Assembly: GCA_934120015.1 (NCBI GenBank) | Contig: CAKOTD010000024.1 | Location: forward strand, 1-18,103 | Origin: an uncultured Bacilli bacterium | Lineage (GTDB): Bacteria; Bacillota_I; Bacilli_A; RF39; UBA660 | DNA: 18,103 nt | Direction: 5' to 3' | Shown: positions 7,630-13,461 of the stretch, one piece after another | Layout: every line of letters starts with the position of its first letter | Numbering within the stretch: the stretch's first letter is position 1 | The notes under the pieces: generated by a model | What the model saw: the letters and a program-made list of their open reading frames with translations, nothing else | Databases searched by the model: none | Told to the model about the DNA's origin: nothing | Made by a program: the position numbers and the translations under genes

Positions 7630-10600
7630 ATGAAGAAAAAAGGATTTACATTAATAGAATTATTAACAGTAATAGTAGTACTAGCAATAATCGCATTAAT
7701 AACAGTACCAATAGTAAATGGGATAACAAGAAGAGCAGAAAAATCAGCATTTAGACAAAGTGCAGTAGGAATATTAAATACAATAAAATTAGATAGGTCA
7801 AATAGTGGATATATAGCAAAAGAAGAAAATGATAAATATGAAATAAAAGATAAAAAAATATATTTTGAAGAAGAACCAATAAAAACAAAACATACTGGAG
7901 AGATAACAGGAGTAGGAGATGTATACGTAAATAAAGATGGAAGTATGGCAATAGCGTATACAAATAATAAATGGTGTGCATATAAAAGCTACGCAAATAC
8001 GACGGTAAAGATAATAAGTGGAAATTGTGAAAATGTAATAACAAAAACATGTAAAGAACCAGTATATGAGATAGAAGATGAAGAAATATGGACACAGCAA
8101 AAACAAATAAAGAGTATAGAGGCAGCAAGTGGGGAAGATTGTACAATATATTATAAGGATGAAAATGAGCAGTGGGTGAAATTTGAAAAAAGTATTATAT
8201 ATAAGCAAAATAAATTATATTTGAAATTATTAGGAACATTAAATGAAGAAACAAAATATGAAAAAGACTTGAAAATAGATAGAACAAAGCCAGATAGTAT
8301 AGAGGTAGAAGCACAATCAACAACTCCAAATACAATAACAGTAAATGTAATAGGAACAGATAATGAAAGTGGAATATCAAAATATGCATATAGTAGTGAT
8401 AATGGAGCAACATGGAGTAAATGGGTAGATGAAGACATATATACATTTGAGAATATAGAACCAGGAGCCTATAGAATAAAAGCAAAGGTATATAATGGAA
8501 CATATGGAACAAGTGGAGCAAGAGATTCACTAGGAGTATTAGAATCAGAAGCAACATTAGTAACAACAACAACATGTTCAGTTCCGAAAATAGAAGTAGA
8601 TCAAACAGGATGGGCCCAATCAAAAGTAGTAACAATAGATTATAGAAGTACAACAGGATGTGTAGGAAGTTATAGTATAGATAACGGAGTGACATGGAAT
8701 GAAGGAACAAGTGTAACAATAAGTGAAAATAATGTAAAAGTTTTAGCTCGAAATGTTGTAGGAGATAATGAAACAAGGTCAGAATTATTAATAGATAAAA
8801 TAGATAGAAGTAAACCAACAAATGTAACATATACAACTAAAACAACCCCAACAAGTATAATAGTAAATGTAATAGGAACAGATGAAGAAAGTGGAATAGA
8901 AAGATATGCCTATAGTATAGATGGAGGAAATACATGGACAGCCTGGAGGGCAGAAAATAGTTATACATTTAATAATTTAACACCAGAAACAGAATATACA
9001 ATAAAAGTAAAAGTATATAATGGAACATATAATGGAAAGTATGAAACAATTAAATATGAGACAAATACATATTCTGTAGATAAAAATGTTCAAAATAATA
9101 CAATTTACAAATATAGAATGTTAACAACAACAGATGAAACAACATGGAGTAGTGCATCAAATGAAAAAAAATTAGTACCAGCAGAGACAAATAGAATATC
9201 ATTAGTAGGAGTAGGAGGAAATAAAAAAGTAACATTAGGATGGAATAATGTAACAGGAGTAGAAACATATAGAATACAAAAATTAATAGATGGTATATAT
9301 AAGACAGTAGCAACAACTGAAGGAACTACTTATGTAGATACAGATGTAACAAATAATACAGAGTATACATATAGAGTAATATCTCAAGATGCAAAAGTAA
9401 AAAGTGTAGAATTAAAAATAAAACCAACAGAAAATCAAGAGTTAGGAATAGAAGGAATAAATGGAGATAAGCAAGTAACATTAATATGGGGAAATATAAC
9501 CGGAGTAAAGAAATATAGAATACAAAGAGTAAAGGCAGGAAGCCAAAGTAATGATGAAATGGGTGTACTAGAGTCAAATGAAACAAGGGTAGTAAAAACC
9601 ACATCATGTTTAGCACCAGAAATAACAGTAGAGCCAGCAGGAGATGTGTGGAGAACACAAAAGACTGTAACAATAACATATAAAGAAGCGGAATGTAAAG
9701 TAAGAAAATATAGTATAGATGGAGGAACTACTTGGGAAGAAACAAGTAATGATATAGTAGAAAAAACAATTACCAAGAATAATACAACAGTAATAGGCTA
9801 TGCAGGTGTAAGTGAAACAAAAGGTGAATCAGCAACATTAAAAGTAACAAAAATAGATAATACAACACCAGTAGTAAACATAATAGCAAATAAAAAGTCA
9901 GCAGGTGACGAAGTAAAAAGCAATACATGGAGTAATGAAACATTAACATATACATTTACAAAAACAACAGGAGATAGTGGAGCAACAATATATTATTGTA
10001 AAGATAAAACAAATAGTTGTGAGCCAACAACAAAGGTAACAAATACAGTATCTATGACAGATACAGGAATATACTATATAAGATATAAAGCAGTAAGTGG
10101 TGCAGGAAAAACTTCAACAGTAGATACATATACAGCTAAGGTAGATACAACAAAGCCAACCGCAGTAATAACAGTAAAAAATAGTAGTGGAAATATAGTA
10201 ACAGATGGTAAAATAGTAGATCAAACAGACACATATACAGTAACAATAGGATGTAGTGTAGGGTCATCTGGATTAAAATCTTCTTCATCAAATGTTAAAG
10301 TAGGTACAGATATAAAAAAAGAAAATACAGGAACAACGAATACAAATACATTTGATCTAACTTATAGTGATGTAAGCTATGTATGTCCTGATAAATGTAA
10401 TGAGATTGCCTCTAATGCAGGGAATAGTTGTGCAAACAACTGTACAGAAAATTGCGGGGTTGTATGTAGTAATACAGCTCTTACAGCATATAGAAATAGT
10501 TGTAAACCGGAATGTGAAGCAGCAAATACAAATGGTGGTATATATAATTGTGCTCTTTATGGAGGAACTGTTATAAATAAAATACCTGTAGTAATTACGG

Positions 10601-10857
10601 CAAATTGTACAAATAATGCCAACATAACAGGTTCTGATACAACATTTGAGTTGACATTTCAAGATGATACTACTATTGAAGATATAACCGCAGACGATTC
10701 ATCAGATGATTATTGTACATGTTATACTTCATATAATACTTTGAATACTTGTCAGTGGTATCGTAATTGTTCTTGTACAACACCAAGTGGTAGAAAGATA
10801 AATAAAACTTGCAGAAATAGTGGTAAATCTGATTCATTATGTATTTACAGATGCTAA
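7630..10857 (+). CDS. Giant (1075 aa) protein with a prepilin-type N-terminal cleavage/methylation signal, tandem Ig/FN3-like modules and a Cys-rich C-terminal region
   Basis: The N-terminus MKKKGFTLIELLTVIVVLAIIALITVPIV is the class III (type IV pilin/pseudopilin) signal G-FTLIE plus a hydrophobic helix. Module boundaries K(I/V)DxT(K/T)P recur four times. The modules are duplicated (see repeat features). FN3-like units occur (GNKKVTLGWNNVTGVETYRIQ..., GDKQVTLIWGNITGVKKYRIQ). The last 158 aa contain 18 Cys by my count. No PilB/PilC/PilD-type genes are in the window. Confidence 0.85.
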   Translation: MKKKGFTLIELLTVIVVLAIIALITVPIVNGITRRAEKSAFRQSAVGILNTIKLDRSNSGYIAKEENDKYEIKDKKIYFEEEPIKTKHTGEITGVGDVYVNKDGSMAIAYTNNKWCAYKSYANTTVKIISGNCENVITKTCKEPVYEIEDEEIWTQQKQIKSIEAASGEDCTIYYKDENEQWVKFEKSIIYKQNKLYLKLLGTLNEETKYEKDLKIDRTKPDSIEVEAQSTTPNTITVNVIGTDNESGISKYAYSSDNGATWSKWVDEDIYTFENIEPGAYRIKAKVYNGTYGTSGARDSLGVLESEATLVTTTTCSVPKIEVDQTGWAQSKVVTIDYRSTTGCVGSYSIDNGVTWNEGTSVTISENNVKVLARNVVGDNETRSELLIDKIDRSKPTNVTYTTKTTPTSIIVNVIGTDEESGIERYAYSIDGGNTWTAWRAENSYTFNNLTPETEYTIKVKVYNGTYNGKYETIKYETNTYSVDKNVQNNTIYKYRMLTTTDETTWSSASNEKKLVPAETNRISLVGVGGNKKVTLGWNNVTGVETYRIQKLIDGIYKTVATTEGTTYVDTDVTNNTEYTYRVISQDAKVKSVELKIKPTENQELGIEGINGDKQVTLIWGNITGVKKYRIQRVKAGSQSNDEMGVLESNETRVVKTTSCLAPEITVEPAGDVWRTQKTVTITYKEAECKVRKYSIDGGTTWEETSNDIVEKTITKNNTTVIGYAGVSETKGESATLKVTKIDNTTPVVNIIANKKSAGDEVKSNTWSNETLTYTFTKTTGDSGATIYYCKDKTNSCEPTTKVTNTVSMTDTGIYYIRYKAVSGAGKTSTVDTYTAKVDTTKPTAVITVKNSSGNIVTDGKIVDQTDTYTVTIGCSVGSSGLKSSSSNVKVGTDIKKENTGTTNTNTFDLTYSDVSYVCPDKCNEIASNAGNSCANNCTENCGVVCSNTALTAYRNSCKPECEAANTNGGIYNCALYGGTVINKIPVVITANCTNNANITGSDTTFELTFQDDTTIEDITADDSSDDYCTCYTSYNTLNTCQWYRNCSCTTPSGRKINKTCRNSGKSDSLCIYRC
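8272..8508 (+). repeat. Intragenic module A, copy 1 (KIDRTKP...VYNGTYG)
   Basis: KIDRTKPDSIEVEAQSTTPNTITVNVIGTDNESGISKYAYSSDNGATWSKW...YRIKAKVYNGTYG is paralogous to copy 2 at 8797-9036. The similarity is visible at nucleotide level (aaaatagatagaa..., gtaaatgtaataggaacagat, gtatataatggaacatat). Confidence 0.8.
8530..8796 (+). repeat. Intragenic module B, copy 1 (LGVLESEATLVTTTTCSVPKIEV...)
   Basis: LGVLESEATLVTTTTCSVPKIEVDQTGWAQSKVVTIDY...YSIDNGVTWNE... is paralogous to copy 2 at 9559-9849. Confidence 0.7.
8797..9036 (+). repeat. Intragenic module A, copy 2 (KIDRSKP...VYNGTYNG)
   Basis: KIDRSKPTNVTYTTKTTPTSIIVNVIGTDEESGIERYAYSIDGGNTWTAW...YTIKVKVYNGTYNG. See copy 1. Confidence 0.8.
9559..9849 (+). 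repeat. Intragenic module B, copy 2 (MGVLESNETRVVKTTSCLAPEITV...)
   Basis: MGVLESNETRVVKTTSCLAPEITVEPAGDVWRTQKTVTITY...YSIDGGTTWEE... See copy 1. Confidence 0.7.
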
Positions 10858-10865
10858 AAAATTTC

Positions 10866-10900
10866 AAAACTTTATAAAATTTTATAAAGTTTTTTCTTTT
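10866..10900 (+). terminator. Palindromic terminator after the pilin-like gene
   Basis: AAAACTTTATAAAA (10866-10879) is the exact reverse complement of the adjacent TTTTATAAAGTTTT (10880-10893), followed by TTCTTTT. The stem is almost entirely A/T, so its stability is uncertain. Confidence 0.5.
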
Positions 10901-10902
10901 TG

Positions 10903-10911
10903 TGTTATAAT
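10903..10911 (+). promoter_or_regulatory. Extended -10 promoter element for dxs (TGtTATAAT)
   Basis: TG at 10903-10904, one nucleotide, then TATAAT at 10906-10911. The -35 region is weak (TTATAA-like). The predicted transcript start lies downstream of the TTG at 10900, which supports ATG 10936 as the dxs start. Confidence 0.5.
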
Positions 10912-10935
10912 CTATGTTATAGAGGTTGTGAACTT

Positions 10936-12765
10936 ATGCTAGATAAAATTGATAATATACATAATATAGCTAATTTTAATGATAAAGAACTTTCTGATTT
11001 GGCAAGTGAAATGAGAAATGTAATAATTGAACAAGTATCGAGAAATGGTGGACATTTGGCATCTAACTTAGGACTTGTTGAACTTACAATTTCTTTATTC
11101 AAAAATTTTAATTTCGATAATGATAAGATTATATTTGATGTAGGACATCAATGCTATGCATATAAAATATTAACTGGTAGAAAAAATGATATGATTAATC
11201 TTAGAAAATATAAGGGAATGAGTGGATTTCCTAAAAGTAAAGAAAGCAAATATGACTTCTTTAATACAGGCCATGCTAGTAACTCTATATCAGCAGCTAT
11301 TGGAATGGCAAGAGCTAGAGATCTTTTGGGAAAAAATTACAATATTATTACTTTAATTGGTGATGGAGCAATGACTGGTGGAATGACATTTGAAGCTCTA
11401 AATGATTTAGGTGATCGTAAAACAAAAATGCTTATTATTTTAAATGATAATGGAATGTCAATTTCAAATAATGTTGGCGGACTTTCCAATTGTTTAGATA
11501 AGATAAGAATTAATCCATTTTATAATAGACTTAAGAAAAGGGCACATTATAGACTTGATAAAATTAAAAGTAAAAAAATTAGTAATGTCATTCATAATAT
11601 CAAAAGTGGGATTAAAAATATGTTACTACCATCTATGTATTTTGAAAATTTGGGTATTAAATATATAGGACCTATTGATGGTCATAATATAAAGAAATTA
11701 AACAAAGTTCTTTCCAAAATAAAAAATATAGATGAACCAGTTGTATTACATGTTAAAACTATTAAAGGTAAAGGGTATAAATATTCTGAGGAATGCCCCA
11801 ATAAATATCATGCAGTAGGAGCATTTGATATAAAAACTGGTGCTGTCAATAACAATAATTCTAGTTACTCAAGTACCTTTGGAAATAAGTTATGCTCTAT
11901 AGCTAGTCATAATAAAAGAATAGTAGCAATTACAGCAGCCATGAAAGATGGAACCGGGCTTTCAAAATTTGCCGAAAAGTTTCCAAAAAGATTTTTTGAT
12001 GTAGGTATTGCTGAAGAACATGCGGTTACACTTGCAGCAGGTTTTGCTATATCAGGGTATAAACCTTATTTTGCAGTATATTCAACCTTTTTGCAGAGAA
12101 GTTTTGATCAAATTATAGAAGATGTGTGTATGCAAAAATTACCCGTTACATTTATGATTGATAGGTCAGGACTTGTTGGAGAAGATGGTGAAACACATCA
12201 TGGAATATTTGATAGTTCTTATTTAAATTTAATTCCTAATTTAACAATTATGCAGCCAAAAAGTCTAATAGAACTCGAAAAAATGCTTGATTTTTCTGTT
12301 AGTTTTAATGGTCCACTTGCTATAAAATATTGTAAGGGTAAAAATAACTATAAATTTAATGAAGAAAATACTATTGAATATGGTAAATGGGAAATAGTTT
12401 CTAACGGAAATAATCTTGTTATTATAGCAACTGGTCGTATGGTTGAACTTGCTATGATGGCAAAAGAAAAAATTAAAAAAGATATTATGATTATTAATGC
12501 TAGATTTATTAAACCAATTGATACTAAATTATTAGATAGAATAATTAAAAATAATAATAGGATTTTAGTATTAGAAGAAAATAATATTATTGGAGGTTTA
12601 TCTACTTCTGTTATGCATTATGTTAATAAGAGAATTAATATAATGGGAATAAATGATAGATTTGTTGAACAAGGAAGTATTGAGGAACTATTGAAAGACC
12701 AAAAGATTAGTGTTAATGACATATGCAAAAAAGTAAATAAACTATTAAAAGAAGATATAAAATAA
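10936..12765 (+). CDS. dxs: 1-deoxy-D-xylulose-5-phosphate synthase
   Basis: ORF 10900..12765. I start at ATG 10936 (MLDKIDNI...), with an AGAGG RBS at 10921-10925. Hallmarks: GGHLASNLGLVELT, FDVGHQCYAYKILTGR, a TPP-binding GDGAMTGGMTFEALN...LNDN motif, GIAEEHAVT, DRSGLVGEDGETHHG. Confidence 0.92.
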   Translation: MLDKIDNIHNIANFNDKELSDLASEMRNVIIEQVSRNGGHLASNLGLVELTISLFKNFNFDNDKIIFDVGHQCYAYKILTGRKNDMINLRKYKGMSGFPKSKESKYDFFNTGHASNSISAAIGMARARDLLGKNYNIITLIGDGAMTGGMTFEALNDLGDRKTKMLIILNDNGMSISNNVGGLSNCLDKIRINPFYNRLKKRAHYRLDKIKSKKISNVIHNIKSGIKNMLLPSMYFENLGIKYIGPIDGHNIKKLNKVLSKIKNIDEPVVLHVKTIKGKGYKYSEECPNKYHAVGAFDIKTGAVNNNNSSYSSTFGNKLCSIASHNKRIVAITAAMKDGTGLSKFAEKFPKRFFDVGIAEEHAVTLAAGFAISGYKPYFAVYSTFLQRSFDQIIEDVCMQKLPVTFMIDRSGLVGEDGETHHGIFDSSYLNLIPNLTIMQPKSLIELEKMLDFSVSFNGPLAIKYCKGKNNYKFNEENTIEYGKWEIVSNGNNLVIIATGRMVELAMMAKEKIKKDIMIINARFIKPIDTKLLDRIIKNNNRILVLEENNIIGGLSTSVMHYVNKRINIMGINDRFVEQGSIEELLKDQKISVNDICKKVNKLLKEDIK

Positions 12766-12778
12766 TCATATTGAACTT

Positions 12779-12884
12779 GTCAACAAAAAGTAGATAGTAA
12801 AAAGATTTTATTTAAATCCTAGTTGAGTTCTATTGAATCAAGGTTTTAATGATATTTTTTATAAACTATCTACTTTTACTTGAC
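12779..12884. repeat. 20-bp imperfect inverted repeat (18/20) enclosing a nested hairpin, at the dxs/island junction
   Basis: GTCAACAAAAAGTAGATAGT (12779-12798) pairs with ACTATCTACTTTTACTTGAC (12865-12884). An inner hairpin TTGAGTTC-TATT-GAATCAA lies at about 12822-12840. No T-tract follows on either strand, so it is not a canonical terminator. Confidence 0.6.
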
Positions 12885-12916
12885 TAGTTTATTAATCATG
12901 AGATCTTGATAAATAG

Positions 12917-13386
12917 ACTAAAAAAATTGATTTTTCTGATGATGAATTTTGGTTTATTAATAAAATTATAAATGAACAACCAGATAATTTGGAAAAGGGT
13001 TTAGCATTAGGAAATCAATTAAGCCAATGGTTTGCTTTGTATTATTTTGACAGAATTGATAGGTTAGTTAAAGAAAAGTTAAGAATAAGGTATATGGATG
13101 ATTTTATATTGATTCATCATGATAAACGATACTTGCAATATTGTTTAGAAGAGATAAATAAAGTTTGTAATGAGAAATTAAATTTAGAACTTAATCAAAA
13201 AACACAAATTGGAATTGCATACAATGGCATAGATTTTCTTCTAAACAAAGAATGAGAAAACATATCAAAGCAATAAAAAATTGAAAAACAAATCTATTAT
13301 TGATGAAGAATATAATTAACTCTTTTAAAGCACATTTAAAATATTCTAACGAAAAATGTGATAAATTATTATCAAATATAAAATAA
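12917..13386 (+). pseudogene. Reverse transcriptase remnant (DGR-like), 5'-truncated and frameshifted
   Basis: The open frame from 12917 reads ...EKGLALGNQLSQWFALYYFDRID...RIRYMDDFILI...LNQKTQIGIAYNGIDFL. These are RT motif 4 in the [ILV]GxxxSQ form, motif 5 YMDD, and the GIDFLG-like motif 7. RT motifs 1-3 are absent (in-frame TAG at 12914-12916, no start). After the TGA at 13253-13255 the homology-like tail continues in another frame with internal stops (…IINSFKAHLKYSNEKCDKLL…, ending at TAA 13384-13386). Confidence 0.6.
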
Positions 13387-13431
13387 AATTTATGAATTTT
13401 CAAAAAACAATAAGAAAAAAATGAGATTATA

Positions 13432-13440
13432 TGGTAAAAT
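13432..13440 (+). promoter_or_regulatory. Extended -10 element upstream of the AAA+/VWA cassette (TGgTAAAAT)
   Basis: TG at 13432-13433, one nucleotide, then TAAAAT at 13435-13440, which is 22 nt before ATG 13462. I see no convincing -35. Confidence 0.35.
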
Positions 13441-13461
13441 GTAATTATAGTGGTGATTAAA

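Noticed and set aside
7751-9955. Six minus-strand ORFs (7751-8146, 7798-8208, 8151-8438, 8195-8836, 9050-9316, 9326-9679, 9435-9776, 9770-9955 in the track) antisense to the pilin-like gene.
   Set aside because: Their products are Leu/Phe/Tyr/His-rich nonsense. They exist only because the sense strand is extremely purine/A3-rich, so antisense stop codons are rare. They have no RBS or motifs, and they overlap each other as well as a well-supported sense CDS.
12779-12884. Interpreting the 20-bp inverted repeat as retron msr/msd flanking repeats or as the dxs intrinsic terminator.
   Set aside because: The adjacent RT lacks its 5' half and carries DGR-type rather than retron-type motifs. There is no conserved branching-G context I can identify, and no U-tract follows the hairpin on either strand.
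1075-13461. N-terminal extensions implied by non-ATG starts in the ORF track: GTG 1083 (sigK), TTG 1149 (RSH-like), TTG 5719 (spoVAD), TTG 10900 (dxs), GTG 13450 (cassette gene 1).
   Set aside because: In each case an in-frame ATG a few codons downstream has a properly spaced Shine-Dalgarno sequence. The upstream alternative start falls inside the RBS, inside the preceding gene, or upstream of the predicted promoter -10 or transcription start.
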